A stretch of DNA of 63,505 nt, filler included. It is 5 parts of 5 records of this genome, joined end to end, with 100 filler letters (N's around TTAATTAATTAA, not from the genome) between each part and the next. Parts side by side here need not be neighbours in the genome. Positions count along the whole stretch, not along the records: positions 1 to 10,417 come from SRR31156797_8062; positions 10,518 to 37,804 come from SRR31156797_8073; 3 more parts are not named here. The stretch is one strand, 5' to 3'. Below the pieces are notes generated by a model. The model made no database searches. It saw nothing but the letters and a program-made list of their open reading frames with translations, and had not been told where the DNA came from. Both the position numbers and the translations under genes were made by a program. Shown piece by piece: positions 1 through 10,532 of this stretch. Position 1 is the first letter of the stretch. Every line of letters begins with the position of its first letter.

Positions 1-49
1 TGCGTCAACCTATAGCATGAACTGACAGTTAAACCTGAAACCTGAAACA

Positions 50-472
50 TTAAATCTCTCGCATAATCTCTGAGATATTATTAAAATCTGCTGTTCGATG
101 ATACTCATCAGCTACATCTAAAATATCATGGTGCTTGTGAAAATAGATCCTAATTCTATCTGTATTAACTATCTCAATTCTGCCGTTTAGGAGTTTTTCT
201 TCTCCATCTAAGGCTGCAAATTTATACCACCCATCTCCTTCTTCGGAAATTTCGTAGCTTAATTCTCCATGTTTTGAAGCTTGAGCCCAAAATGATTTAC
301 CATTTCTATATAGAATGATTTTATAGTCCTCTGTAAACTCAATCAGCGACTTACTATCATTTAACGATTGCCATTTACCTGTAAATTGGAAATCATTTTC
401 ATGTTTGCAACCGAAAAAAAGAAATACGATTGACAGCAATAATAGTGTTTTTGCATGTATAGTCATCTGCAA
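50..472 (-). CDS. Hypothetical lipoprotein
   Basis: 140-aa ORF with hydrophobic N-terminus ending in lipobox-like FFGC. Confidence 0.6.
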   Translation of the reverse strand: MQMTIHAKTLLLLSIVFLFFGCKHENDFQFTGKWQSLNDSKSLIEFTEDYKIILYRNGKSFWAQASKHGELSYEISEEGDGWYKFAALDGEEKLLNGRIEIVNTDRIRIYFHKHHDILDVADEYHRTADFNNISEIMREI

Positions 473-637
473 ATATTTATTTTCAATAAGGCTAAGCTAT
501 TGGTTTATTATTCCTTTCAAATATTTCATCACCACCTTTTTGACAGTATTGTCAAGGCTTGCAGCGTTAAAAATCAAAACTTGAATTCTCAAAACTTCAT
601 AGCTGTCTTTACTTTTTACGCAACTATTACCTGCTAT

Positions 638-1747
638 TTATTTTAATACTTTTTTAATATTTAATACTTTTCCTTTCTTATCGATGATCTTGATAATTAA
701 GAATCCACTTAAATCTGAAATGTTTATTTCATTATCCACATTTTTCAGCATGCTTTCATAAACTATATTTCCTAAGCTATTTATTATTTGAATTTTTGAA
801 CCAATTATTGCGTTATTCACTTTCAATGAATTTTTCACCGGATTAGGGAATATCTCTATTTTGTTCCGGATATCATTTTGATGTGATATATGAGTTTCTG
901 ATATCGTGATATTTGCGAAATACTGATGATTACAACCACCGAAAGAATCATAAATAGTTAAACTTACTTCATAAATCCCTATATCTTGAAAAACATGGAT
1001 TGGATTTTCTTCAGTACTTGATAGACCATCTCCAAAGTTCCAGTAAGTTTCATCATAATATCCTGTTGATTCATTAGTAAATGTTGCTGTGAGAGCATCA
1101 ATTTGATAAGTAAATTCTGAATGACAAGTATATGGATTATCGATATAGCAGCTTTCATATATTGGATTATGATAGATTAACACATTATTTTCATACACGC
1201 ATTGTAAGGTTCGTATTCCTCCTGTTGTGCAGTAAAAAACCGGACCTAAGAGTCCCTCTGTACTTCCAATTCCTTCAATATGATTAATCGTTTTCCAGTT
1301 GGTCGAATCAATATATTGCGTGTACCTATATTTTCCGGCAAACAAAGATGTATCAATATTATAAATTGTCCAATCGCAATCCTCTGAAAAGGTTACAGTA
1401 TCACCAATTTCCAGACTGAAATCGTACATAATTATTGTATCAAAATCAATGATTTCAGGATTCATGTAGTAAACCTTATTATTCTCTTCTCTGATGTAAC
1501 CGTATTGATTCCAATTACTAAATAAACTATCTTGTGACTGCCAGACCTTAAACCAATAGTTTGAATTAATTAATATGCTGTCTGAGATTTTATAAGCATA
1601 GCTTTTTCCGAAACCACCCGGTGGATCAATTGCAGCCTGGTGAAATACAACCCACATTTTATTGGTATCTACAATTGACTCGAAACTTTGGCTAAAAGTC
1701 GAATTAGATAAAATTGTCACAAAAATTATTATTAAAAACTTTCTCAT
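638..1747 (-). CDS. Secreted PKD-domain protein with T9SS type A sorting domain
   Basis: Signal peptide; PKD motif WNFGDG...NPIHVF; C-terminal IFPNPVKN...IINSLG typical of T9SS CTD. Confidence 0.85.
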   Translation of the reverse strand: MRKFLIIIFVTILSNSTFSQSFESIVDTNKMWVVFHQAAIDPPGGFGKSYAYKISDSILINSNYWFKVWQSQDSLFSNWNQYGYIREENNKVYYMNPEIIDFDTIIMYDFSLEIGDTVTFSEDCDWTIYNIDTSLFAGKYRYTQYIDSTNWKTINHIEGIGSTEGLLGPVFYCTTGGIRTLQCVYENNVLIYHNPIYESCYIDNPYTCHSEFTYQIDALTATFTNESTGYYDETYWNFGDGLSSTEENPIHVFQDIGIYEVSLTIYDSFGGCNHQYFANITISETHISHQNDIRNKIEIFPNPVKNSLKVNNAIIGSKIQIINSLGNIVYESMLKNVDNEINISDLSGFLIIKIIDKKGKVLNIKKVLK

Positions 1748-1880
1748 AGCTATTGATTTATATTATTCGGAATATGTTTCATTAATCAACAAATACTCAA
1801 ATCAGTTTGAAGGTTTTAACTTCTTTATTGCAAACTCATTACTGCTTCTTTATTCTTTTTTAGCTTGTTTTTATATTTGA

Positions 1881-2315
1881 TCAAGCTTCATGTCTCAATT
1901 TTTCAAGTGTATTATGAATTAAAGGAACATCCAAATTAGGGTTTAATAGTATTTGAACTGTTTTTTCCAGGGTTGAGACAATAAAAGGTTGAAATTTAAA
2001 GCTATTGACTAATCTTTCATATATTGACGCTATTGCAACTTCATTGGGCTTACTTGTGAGGTATATCTCCTTTCTCTCATCATCTACGTTCAAGACATCC
2101 TTTACAAAGCTAACATAGTCTTTTATTTCTGTGAAATTACCTTTCAGGTGGCAATGCCTTAAATCATGTATTTGATCATAACATTTGGAAAATTTTGGAT
2201 CGGAAGTTAATTTCAACTCTGTTTCTTTGAAGTCTTGCGCCGTAATACTTTCTTGATAAGAATAAAAGATTAATTCATGGTCTGTATCAATATGATAATT
2301 AATTTTCGAACTCAT
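1881..2315 (-). CDS. Hypothetical protein (possibly STAS/SpoIIAA-like)
   Basis: 144-aa ORF, only weak family resemblance. Confidence 0.5.
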   Translation of the reverse strand: MSSKINYHIDTDHELIFYSYQESITAQDFKETELKLTSDPKFSKCYDQIHDLRHCHLKGNFTEIKDYVSFVKDVLNVDDERKEIYLTSKPNEVAIASIYERLVNSFKFQPFIVSTLEKTVQILLNPNLDVPLIHNTLEKLRHEA

Positions 2316-2564
2316 GTTACAATCAAGTTTTTAGCAGTAATATCAACAGAAAATTAAAAATACGAATAAATCATCGAAAAAACCAGTCTTAAATCAAATG
2401 CAATCAGAAACTGTAAATGAAAACTGAAAAAAACAACATCAACGTATTCACATTTACAATACTAGCATAGGCGGACACACTTGATAGAGTTAATCAGAAG
2501 TCAAAATCTATTAAACCATAAACCTTTTATATATTAATTGGTTAAACCGTGTAAATAAAAAATT

Positions 2565-2750
2565 ATGATCGAATCGCCTTGTATAAATATTTGTCGTTAC
2601 GACTCCAAAGGACTTTGCTATGGTTGTAAACGTAGTTTTAAGGAAATTAGTAATTGGATAAAATATACTGATAAAGAACGAGCAACAATTATTAAAGAAC
2701 TGCCCAAAAGAAAGAATGCGGAGAAAATGCCTAAAGATTTGAATCTTTAA
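2565..2750 (+). CDS. DUF1289 family Cys-rich small protein
   Basis: SPCINIC...LCYGCKRS..EISNW pattern. Confidence 0.85.
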   Translation: MIESPCINICRYDSKGLCYGCKRSFKEISNWIKYTDKERATIIKELPKRKNAEKMPKDLNL

Positions 2751-2845
2751 CAATACTTAGGCAATGGAATAATAGCAATTGTTCCTTTTCTCGATTCTGA
2801 TTGAAATTCAATTGAGCCTTTGTGTTTTAAGTATTTGTTTAAATC

Positions 2846-2875
2846 GCGTTTTGCTTCGCAAAGCGCAACCTCTAC
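2846..2875. repeat. Hairpin / degenerate REP-like element between convergent genes
   Basis: GCGTTTTGC-TTC-GCAAAGCGC followed by AACCTCTAC (GTAG on the minus strand). Confidence 0.4.
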
Positions 2876-2941
2876 AAGCGTCCTTATGCTTTTCTTTGCA
2901 TTACAAATAAATTAGGCAATTTTAAGCTTCTATTTATACGA

Positions 2942-4387
2942 TCATTCAACCTCCTCACCAAGTTGTTTTAGTACTGCAATTCCAGCAGTATTTTCTGGAT
3001 TAAGCTCAACAGATTTTTGATAGTATTCAATTGCCTTCTCTTCTTCGCCATTTTTTAACAAAGCTTCAGCGTAACTATCATTAGCATTCCAATCTTCCGG
3101 ATTTGATTCTACATTTATTTTAAAAACAAAAAGAGCTTTTTCTAATTCGTTGTTTTTGATGTAATTATATCCAACTCTAATAAAGCCAGTACTGGAGAAG
3201 TCATATGTTTCTGATTGGTTATTTTTAATATTCTCAAAAGCTTTTAAAGCAGGTTCAATTCCTTCATATTTTAGTATTCGGTTAATTTTAGCTGCGACAG
3301 TTGGTTTTGGGTTGGCTAATTCTGATTTTGGATTCAATAAATGGAATCCGATATCATCAGGGTAACTTGTATCGTTGGTTAAAACAACTACACCAATGTT
3401 TCGACTTTTATTAAACCCCATGAAAGACATTTGACCTTGTGTTCCACCATCATGCCATATAATTTCCTCACCTTCAATATCTGATATTAACCAACCTAAT
3501 CCTGTGGATATTTTTCCATTTCCTGCACTGGTACTTTTATGTGTCAATTGCATAGCTGGATAAAGTTCCGTTTTTTCAAGTCCCATGTTAGCTTTAAGAT
3601 ATTTTATCATGTCAACAGCAGTTGAGCGAAGTGCTCCACATCCGGCTATTGCAGGTAGATGATAATCACCAATTTCCAGCCCCATACTATGGCCAATTGC
3701 TTTTCTTTTTTCTTTTTCAGGTGAGTAATTTATGCGTGTATCTTTCATACCCAGCGGATTAGTGATTTCGGTAGTTACTAAGCTTTCAAAATCAGTATTG
3801 TGCTTTTCTGCTAAAACAATTCCTAACAATCCGCTGCCAAAGTTTGAATAAGCCCATTTTGTTCCTATATCATAAGGTAATTCATAGTTGTTAAGCGATT
3901 CATATACCATCGGGATGGTTAATTCTGCATAAGGCCCATTTGGATGATTTCTATTTACCTTATCAGGTACACGTGGTAAAGCCGAAGTATGGTTCGCTAA
4001 ATGAACCAATTGAATTTCTTTACCATTGCGAACAGGAGCCTGTATGCTATCTGGCAATAGACTTTGTAATGGATCATTTACGTTCAGTTCACCTTTTAAT
4101 ACTTCATTGGCTAAAAGCAAGCTCGTAAATGTTTTGGTATTTGAACCAATCTCAAAAATTGTATGTTCATCTACAGGCTCTTTAGTATCATAAGATTTTA
4201 CACCATAACTGTAATAACTTGTTCCTTCAGGAGTAACAACACCAATTACAATGCCGGTAATAATACCATTATCTACGCGAGCTTTCACATTTTCTTTCAC
4301 TTCGCTGGGAATGCCTGGATTTGGTGATTGACAACCAAAATTAATGGCAAGTATTAGTATACTGATTAATTTTATCAAATTTCTCAT
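2942..4387 (-). CDS. Serine hydrolase (class C beta-lactamase-like) lipoprotein with C-terminal TPR
   Basis: Lipobox FGC; SxxK (GSNTK), YSN and HDG motifs; TPR-like tail DSYAEALL...YYQKSVELNP. Confidence 0.9.
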   Translation of the reverse strand: MRNLIKLISILILAINFGCQSPNPGIPSEVKENVKARVDNGIITGIVIGVVTPEGTSYYSYGVKSYDTKEPVDEHTIFEIGSNTKTFTSLLLANEVLKGELNVNDPLQSLLPDSIQAPVRNGKEIQLVHLANHTSALPRVPDKVNRNHPNGPYAELTIPMVYESLNNYELPYDIGTKWAYSNFGSGLLGIVLAEKHNTDFESLVTTEITNPLGMKDTRINYSPEKEKRKAIGHSMGLEIGDYHLPAIAGCGALRSTAVDMIKYLKANMGLEKTELYPAMQLTHKSTSAGNGKISTGLGWLISDIEGEEIIWHDGGTQGQMSFMGFNKSRNIGVVVLTNDTSYPDDIGFHLLNPKSELANPKPTVAAKINRILKYEGIEPALKAFENIKNNQSETYDFSSTGFIRVGYNYIKNNELEKALFVFKINVESNPEDWNANDSYAEALLKNGEEEKAIEYYQKSVELNPENTAGIAVLKQLGEEVE

Positions 4388-4451
4388 GATTTTTAGTGCT
4401 TAAAAGTTTTAATCGTCTATTATTTAATATTTTAACTTAACTTTAGATACA

Positions 4452-5339
4452 TTATAATTCTGCAACCATTTCATATTGGTCAACCGGATTTTCAAATCCT
4501 AGTTTTGTTAAGACGGTATTTAATATGTCTTCTTCCATTAAGTTGTTTGCACTTATTATTGGTCTGGAAGGTTGAATATTTTCAAACAAATTATTTATCA
4601 AATAGTCCACCATTAATGTTATATTGTTGAAGTCTGGACTTACGCCAATAGCAGTAATCCAGCACAAAACTGGAGTATAAACTATAAAACCAACACAAAC
4701 ATTATTTTGAAAAGCTGCATTTACAATAATCTCATTTTCAACCATTTTAAGCCCATAGAACATATGTTCCCAACTAACAGGATGTTTAATAAAATGCCAA
4801 TATTTCTCAAGTTCACTCACTGTGATTTTTCTAATCTCAATATTGCTTAACTCCCTAGTTGTTCCTTTATAATCAGCAATTGCTATATCATAACACTTAA
4901 AATTTCGCGATATAATAAATCCCTCCTTTTCATAAGCTCTTATTGCTGATTTATTCGGTTGAAGCACTTCCAACATAAACTTTTGAACCTTTCGCTCTTT
5001 GATAGCTTCAATCGATTTATTGAACATTTTACCTGCTATTCCTTGTCCACGGTATTGCTTTATAACACCAGTTCCACCATCGAATGCAACCAGTTCATCA
5101 TTTAAATAATCAATTCCTACATTAAGAAAACCAACCATTTTGTTCCCATAAAAAGCCCCAACAGAGCAATCGGAATTATTCCTGCAAATGGCATTTCTAT
5201 GTTTCATTACATTGGTTGTCATGTAACTCATATCTAATTGATAATCAGCAAATGACTCCTGCATGCATTTTTGAATTACTTCTATTGGTGTACCTGTCAG
5301 ATACTTGTATTCTATTTTTGTTTTATTATTGTTTTCCAT
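4452..5339 (-). CDS. GNAT family N-acetyltransferase
   Basis: Acetyl-CoA motif YRGQGIAG; N..AIRAYEKEGF. Confidence 0.85.
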   Translation of the reverse strand: MENNNKTKIEYKYLTGTPIEVIQKCMQESFADYQLDMSYMTTNVMKHRNAICRNNSDCSVGAFYGNKMVGFLNVGIDYLNDELVAFDGGTGVIKQYRGQGIAGKMFNKSIEAIKERKVQKFMLEVLQPNKSAIRAYEKEGFIISRNFKCYDIAIADYKGTTRELSNIEIRKITVSELEKYWHFIKHPVSWEHMFYGLKMVENEIIVNAAFQNNVCVGFIVYTPVLCWITAIGVSPDFNNITLMVDYLINNLFENIQPSRPIISANNLMEEDILNTVLTKLGFENPVDQYEMVAEL

Positions 5340-5438
5340 ATGCTTAATTTCTAAATTTATGAATTTTTGCTTGACTTTTAGGATTATATTTTAAATGTTA
5401 TTATATGACTGTCAAGTAAATGCCTGGTTACTGAAAAA

Positions 5439-6248
5439 TTATTTTATCAATTTTACATACTTTTGTTTAAGTCCATTTTCATTTGAGGTTTTGCTAAATT
5501 CATAATTATATTCCCTGGAAATAAGTTGCTGATGAACAGGATTTTCGCTTAGATTTTCCGGGACTCTCATAATATGAACAGCCTTTCCACCAGGCTTTAC
5601 AACTCGCTCTATCTCCTGAAGTTCTTTCTCTATATTCCATCCAATGGCATTTGAAGTAAATAAAATATCAAATGTATTATCCGGCATAGGAATTGACTCA
5701 AGAAATCCATCAATTGCCCATACATTCTTACAATTCTTATTTGCTGCTTTACGTCTGATAAAAGTCCTAAAACTGGAAATTGGCTCGATGGCAAATATTG
5801 TTTTTGCATAATCTGACAGCATGAAAGATAGCATACCCGATCCTGCACCGACATCAGCTACAACTTTCTCATTAAGAGATTCTTTATCAAATATTTCATC
5901 GATCGTCCAGTTGAAATTGCTTTTCTCATCATATAGTTCGGGTAACTTATTATATACAATAAGGTCGGCAATTTCCCAAACTGCTTCGTCACAGTATTCA
6001 GCAATAAGCTTCTCGTTCCTTATTTCTTCATTCTCTTTCAATAGCGATGTTAGGAAGCCGGCAATAGATCGCTCTTTTAAAATAAGAAAATCCTTTATAT
6101 AGGGATACTTTCGGATTAACATAGCAAACTCTTTTTCTGGAAGCCTATCAGGAAGGTAAGGTACCTGAAATGATTCAAGCAGCAGTAAATCTTCGGCATT
6201 TAAAGAAATGTCAGAGTACAACTCCCTTAGCATTTTTGAAAACTTCAT
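5439..6248 (-). CDS. Class I SAM-dependent methyltransferase
   Basis: VADVGAGSG motif I; RVVKPGG. Confidence 0.85.
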   Translation of the reverse strand: MKFSKMLRELYSDISLNAEDLLLLESFQVPYLPDRLPEKEFAMLIRKYPYIKDFLILKERSIAGFLTSLLKENEEIRNEKLIAEYCDEAVWEIADLIVYNKLPELYDEKSNFNWTIDEIFDKESLNEKVVADVGAGSGMLSFMLSDYAKTIFAIEPISSFRTFIRRKAANKNCKNVWAIDGFLESIPMPDNTFDILFTSNAIGWNIEKELQEIERVVKPGGKAVHIMRVPENLSENPVHQQLISREYNYEFSKTSNENGLKQKYVKLIK

Positions 6249-6252
6249 ATCA

Positions 6253-6738
6253 CTAGACTTTATGCTTATCTATGTAGCTGATTAACAATTGATTATCATA
6301 CTCCCAGGAACTAATTGATTCTTTTATTGCCCTTTTATTCATCATTTTATATACAAAAGAGTTCAAGTATGCTTCAAGGTGCTTTGTGGTTTTCCATTGA
6401 TACATTCCCTGCCAGTAGCCATTTTCTTTATTCACTGCATACATTTTGGTTTGAAAACCTGGAAAACCGGTAATTAGCAACATGGGTATTATGGAAGCAA
6501 GCCGATTTGCATTGTGTGATAAACGGGCAAATTTAAATCGGACGACAAATGTAGCTGCTTGTTCTGTGTCTTTTATATGAAAAACAGTAATATGTCTGAA
6601 AATTTCATATTGCTGACCATCCTCAATTATAACAGTTTCTTTGAGGTGTTGCTTTGATAGCCTAAGTTTCCCGGTTATTAATCTTCCAATTGAGATTAAC
6701 AGGCATACAGGAGGGCTTTTTCTGAATTTAGTTGTCAT
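6253..6738 (-). CDS. YdhR-like putative monooxygenase
   Basis: GFPGFQTKMY...WQGMYQW, dimeric alpha/beta barrel-like pattern. Confidence 0.55.
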   Translation of the reverse strand: MTTKFRKSPPVCLLISIGRLITGKLRLSKQHLKETVIIEDGQQYEIFRHITVFHIKDTEQAATFVVRFKFARLSHNANRLASIIPMLLITGFPGFQTKMYAVNKENGYWQGMYQWKTTKHLEAYLNSFVYKMMNKRAIKESISSWEYDNQLLISYIDKHKV

Positions 6739-7475
6739 GATTTTAGTATTTCTTTTCGTGCTACTTTTTTAGCAATCCAGGTCTTCACCGGACTGATTTT
6801 AGTTTCAAAATAATAGTTTTTCTTATCCTGATAATACTCTCTGTCAGCTGTCATAAAATCTCCCTTAAGTTCTGATACAAGTTTGAAAATATGAAAAGGA
6901 ACCAAATTATTGAGGCTAGGTTTTGATCTTTCCCCTTTTTCAATTTTAGAAATGAATTTTTTAAAAGCATTTATGGTTTTGTTGTTATTATACGCTTTTA
7001 CTTTTTCATTTTGCTTACCAGGTCTTACATTAAGATCCAGTGAAGGAGCTATTTCAAAACCAAATACTTTCGCCATTTTATCCATATACTGAATAGCGAA
7101 TTCAGCACCATAACCGGAAACGGTAGTTACCGACATAGCATATTTATCGAAAAACTGCGGACGATGCGCCAGATATCCAAACCTATCATAAAAATTCTTC
7201 ATTAAAGCTGTCACCATGTGACAATATGCAGGTGAAGCGAAAATTACGCCATTAGATTTAGTCATTTCCTTTAATATCATATCCCTGTCATCCTTTATTG
7301 GACATTTTACTTCACCCCTGATAACACAATTGTAACACCCCCTGCAGAATTCAAAATTTAGGTCTTTAAGCATTACTATTCTAAAATCTATTTCAGGGAA
7401 ACTTTCCTTAATTGTATTCAACACATTGTTAGTATTTCCTTTGCGTGGACTACCACAAATAGCTACTATTTTCAC
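6735..7475 (-). CDS. Flavodoxin family / iron-sulfur flavoprotein (NADPH-dependent FMN reductase-like)
   Basis: GSPRKGNT; CRGCYNC...C cluster; FASPAY; GTG start preceded by AAGGAGG. Confidence 0.85.
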   Translation of the reverse strand: MKIVAICGSPRKGNTNNVLNTIKESFPEIDFRIVMLKDLNFEFCRGCYNCVIRGEVKCPIKDDRDMILKEMTKSNGVIFASPAYCHMVTALMKNFYDRFGYLAHRPQFFDKYAMSVTTVSGYGAEFAIQYMDKMAKVFGFEIAPSLDLNVRPGKQNEKVKAYNNNKTINAFKKFISKIEKGERSKPSLNNLVPFHIFKLVSELKGDFMTADREYYQDKKNYYFETKISPVKTWIAKKVARKEILKS

Positions 7476-7490
7476 AGCAGACCTCCTTAT

Positions 7491-8150
7491 TTAATTTTTA
7501 ACATAATTAATATAAACAGCTTTCTCTTTATGCCCTAAAACTTTACTCTTTGAAATTTTGAATCCATTGTTAACCAATAGATTTTCAATTCTATTTTTAG
7601 GTGTTTTTTCTTTTACTGATTCATTAGAAGGTTTTCCGAATGCTTTCAGGTATCGTATTGCTAATGATATTTTATTAAAAAAGCTCATTTGATCAATAGC
7701 AAATGAAGTAATAATAACTCGCCCTCCCCTCTTGAGCATACGGTAGCTTTCCCTAATTACTTTTTCCGGATCTTCGATCACGTGTATTAGGTTTCCCATA
7801 AATACTGTATTAAAACTTTCTTCTTCAAATTGTAAATCCAAAGCATTTGCCTGCATGAAAGCGACACGATCAAGATTTCCTCTTTTATTCTTTGCAGCCT
7901 CAATCATTTCTTCTGAATAATCTGTAGCTACAATTTCTGCAGAAATATTTTGCAAAGTTTGGGTATATAAACCGGTTCCACATCCCAATTCCAGAACTTT
8001 TCCCAGGTTTTGCTCTTTTTTTAATTCCTCTATAGTCAAAGAAATAATTTCTTTACCAGCCACATAACTCTGTTTCTCTTCAAACTCAGAAGCAAACTGA
8101 CTCCAATACGTTTCTTTGCTTTGTGATTCCATTATTGCTGATTTTTTCAT
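7491..8150 (-). CDS. Class I SAM-dependent methyltransferase
   Basis: VLELGCGTG motif; LKRGG. Confidence 0.9.
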   Translation of the reverse strand: MKKSAIMESQSKETYWSQFASEFEEKQSYVAGKEIISLTIEELKKEQNLGKVLELGCGTGLYTQTLQNISAEIVATDYSEEMIEAAKNKRGNLDRVAFMQANALDLQFEEESFNTVFMGNLIHVIEDPEKVIRESYRMLKRGGRVIITSFAIDQMSFFNKISLAIRYLKAFGKPSNESVKEKTPKNRIENLLVNNGFKISKSKVLGHKEKAVYINYVKN

Positions 8151-8195
8151 AATTCGTCTAAATAATAGTTTTATGTTTTTTCATCCCTATTTAAA

Positions 8196-8429
8196 TCAGT
8201 CGTACATATTGCTCAACCTGTTAGAATTGATGACTTTTATTGCATGTAGAACAATACCAATTCCCCAACCCAAAAGAGGCCAAATGAACCATAGGGATTC
8301 GGGCGTTAGGATATAGTTAATTAAGGCAAGTATCGCATTTATAACGAAATAATTGATCAGGTGAACTCGAAATTCAGCTTTTGCTTTTGCCTTCTCTACG
8401 GTTGTTTGTTGAGATTTTTGATTGTTCAT
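8196..8429 (-). CDS. 2TM domain protein
   Basis: FRVHLINY..N...WFIWPLLGWGIG..H pattern. Confidence 0.85.
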   Translation of the reverse strand: MNNQKSQQTTVEKAKAKAEFRVHLINYFVINAILALINYILTPESLWFIWPLLGWGIGIVLHAIKVINSNRLSNMYD

Positions 8430-8453
8430 AATGATGATTTTTTGAGTTAATTA

Positions 8454-9170
8454 TTATTGAAATTTTAATTCTATGCATTCTTTGTTGCAAACATCTGCAC
8501 AGTTTCCACAGAGGATACATTCAGAATTGTCCATTTTATTGGCTTTAATCATACCTTCTACATCAAGCCCCATCAAACAACTTTTTGTACACTTTTTACA
8601 GTTTACACAGGGACTATCAGTTCTTACTAATTTCAGAGACGGAATTCTTAATAACTTTTGAATTTTTGTGCCCAAAATCATAAAGGGGGCAATCCAGCAT
8701 AAATGCCTGCAAAAAGACCTTTTACCGACTGCAAACTGAGCTGTGAGTAGTATCAATAATATGGCTATGTAGGCAATGGCTGTATAGATATTCCCGAGAG
8801 AAAATCCATAGGTTGTTCTAAACAAAGGATCTACCGTTTGATATCCTCCATGATTTATTTCAACAACAATAATGGAGATAATCCAGGGAACCCAAATAAG
8901 CCATTTAATATTTCTTCCTTTAATGGCAAACTTCTTTTTTAGTGGCGATAATATTTCTTGGGCTCCTCCCAAAGGGCAAGCCCATGAACAAAATCCTCTA
9001 CCAAAAACTAATGCCTGAATAAAAAGTAGAATAAACATAAGAAAGCTTCCGCAAATAATACCTTTAGTGCTTGCATCTACAATTACATAGGGAGAAAAAT
9101 ATACAAAGGTGGCCGGAAACATGAAAAATGAAATAAATGTTATTCGTTTTCTAAGTATTTGTCGCTGCAT
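8454..9170 (-). CDS. Membrane 4Fe-4S binding protein (NapH/MauN-like)
   Basis: GRGFCSWACP and FCRHLC motifs, TM segments, two C-terminal CxxCxxCxxxC. Confidence 0.85.
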   Translation of the reverse strand: MQRQILRKRITFISFFMFPATFVYFSPYVIVDASTKGIICGSFLMFILLFIQALVFGRGFCSWACPLGGAQEILSPLKKKFAIKGRNIKWLIWVPWIISIIVVEINHGGYQTVDPLFRTTYGFSLGNIYTAIAYIAILLILLTAQFAVGKRSFCRHLCWIAPFMILGTKIQKLLRIPSLKLVRTDSPCVNCKKCTKSCLMGLDVEGMIKANKMDNSECILCGNCADVCNKECIELKFQ

Positions 9171-9190
9171 GATTTCTAAGTTTATTTGGT

Positions 9191-9388
9191 TTATTTATAA
9201 GGATTTACAGATATAAGCTTTAGATTTAAGTCCCGAATTTTATTTAAAATTCCATGTACATAGGCCTGATCTTTATTCTTGCAGATCAACACAGTTGTGT
9301 TTTCTTCGTAGCTTATTTCAACACCATCGAACCAATCTTTCCAGTCTTCATTAAGGTGTCCTTTTATAATAATTTTAAATTGTCCCAT
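9191..9388 (-). CDS. Small conserved hypothetical protein
   Basis: IKGHL..W.DWFDG...DQAYVHGIL.KIRDL.L.LISV pattern; lies inside the operon. Confidence 0.7.
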   Translation of the reverse strand: MGQFKIIIKGHLNEDWKDWFDGVEISYEENTTVLICKNKDQAYVHGILNKIRDLNLKLISVNPYK

Positions 9389-9463
9389 GTCGATTCTAAC
9401 ATTATTTATAAATAGTATTATACTGCATTTTATCTCTCATTCTGGCGGTGAATTATTCAGGGT

Positions 9464-10327
9464 TCAGTTATCGAACTTTTTGATTTTTTTCAGGATGATG
9501 TTTTCCAGAAATGATTTTGGAAACCTGGTTGCTTTCTTAGCTCCCTTAGCATCCTTACCAACGATGTAATAACGTTTCGGTTTGTTAAGTGACAAAGCTT
9601 TATGAATTGATTTGGCTACTTCAACCGCAGGTGTCCTTTTCATATCCTTGTAAAGGCTATCTCCAAATTGAATCAATGCTTTGTACGAATTGCTCAATTC
9701 AGTTTCACATGTTCTGCGAAGTTCTTTTCTATATGATTCACCTTTGTTCCAAATAGCACTTTCTGTAGCACCCGGAGATACAAGTATTGCTTTTATTCCA
9801 AAGTGATGAAGCTCAACCCTTAGTGAATCAGTTATGGCTCTTACAGCAAATTTGGTTCCCGAGTAAACACTGGCACCAGGACCGGGAATATAGCTGGCGG
9901 TCGAACCAATATTTATGATCCTGCCATTAGATTCTCTTAGCATGGGCAGAAAGGCTTTTGTAACTGACAAAAGTCCAACGATATTTACATTTATCACTTT
10001 TTCAATCTCTGCCTGAGGTGTTAATTCAAGGGCTCCTCCAAGGCCAATACCTGCATTGTTAACTAGTCCTTTTAATTGGCCGGAATCCGATTCTATGTGA
10101 GCGACTGCCTCCATAATTGATTGATTGTCCGTAACGTCCAGAATGATTGTTTCCAATCTGTCACTTGAGTTTTCGTGTAGGTTTTTCTTGTCTGCTTCCT
10201 TGCGAACGCAGGCATATACTTTGTAGCCCATTTGATCTAGGTAAATGGCAGTTGCATATCCAATTCCTGTTGAAGCACCGGTTATTAAAACTGCGAGTTT
10301 GTTGTTTATTCTCATTTCTTTTTTCAT
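9464..10327 (-). CDS. Short-chain dehydrogenase/reductase (SDR)
   Basis: TGASTGIG, NNAG, YSGTK; start moved to ATG 10327 (10315 is an alternative), downstream of a TAnnTTTG box. Confidence 0.9.
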   Translation of the reverse strand: MKKEMRINNKLAVLITGASTGIGYATAIYLDQMGYKVYACVRKEADKKNLHENSSDRLETIILDVTDNQSIMEAVAHIESDSGQLKGLVNNAGIGLGGALELTPQAEIEKVINVNIVGLLSVTKAFLPMLRESNGRIINIGSTASYIPGPGASVYSGTKFAVRAITDSLRVELHHFGIKAILVSPGATESAIWNKGESYRKELRRTCETELSNSYKALIQFGDSLYKDMKRTPAVEVAKSIHKALSLNKPKRYYIVGKDAKGAKKATRFPKSFLENIILKKIKKFDN

Positions 10328-10359
10328 CGTATTAATTTTTTTATGAATTATTTCTGTAT

Positions 10360-10407
10360 CAAAATTACAATCCACCCATCCACAATTAATCATCCCTGAG
10401 GATGATT
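10360..10407 (-). promoter_or_regulatory. Bacteroidota -7 box plus upstream palindrome
   Basis: TAATTTTG on the minus strand at 10360-10367; AATCATCC-CTGA-GGATGATT at 10388-10407. Confidence 0.5.
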
Positions 10408-10417
10408 TGAAAGGATG

Positions 10418-10517
10418 NNNNNNNNNNNNNNNNNNNNNNNNNNNNNNNNNNNNNNNNNNNNTTAATTAATTAANNNNNNNNNNNNNNNNNNNNNNNNNNN
10501 NNNNNNNNNNNNNNNNN
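10418..10517. other. Artificial contig linker
   Basis: N-run + TTAATTAATTAA + N-run, 100 bp. Confidence 0.99.
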
Positions 10518-10532
10518 ACAAATGTTAAAAAG

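Noticed and set aside
10418-10517. TTAATTAATTAA palindrome as a biological repeat (also at the other three linkers)
   Set aside because: It is an artificial stop-in-all-frames linker embedded in Ns
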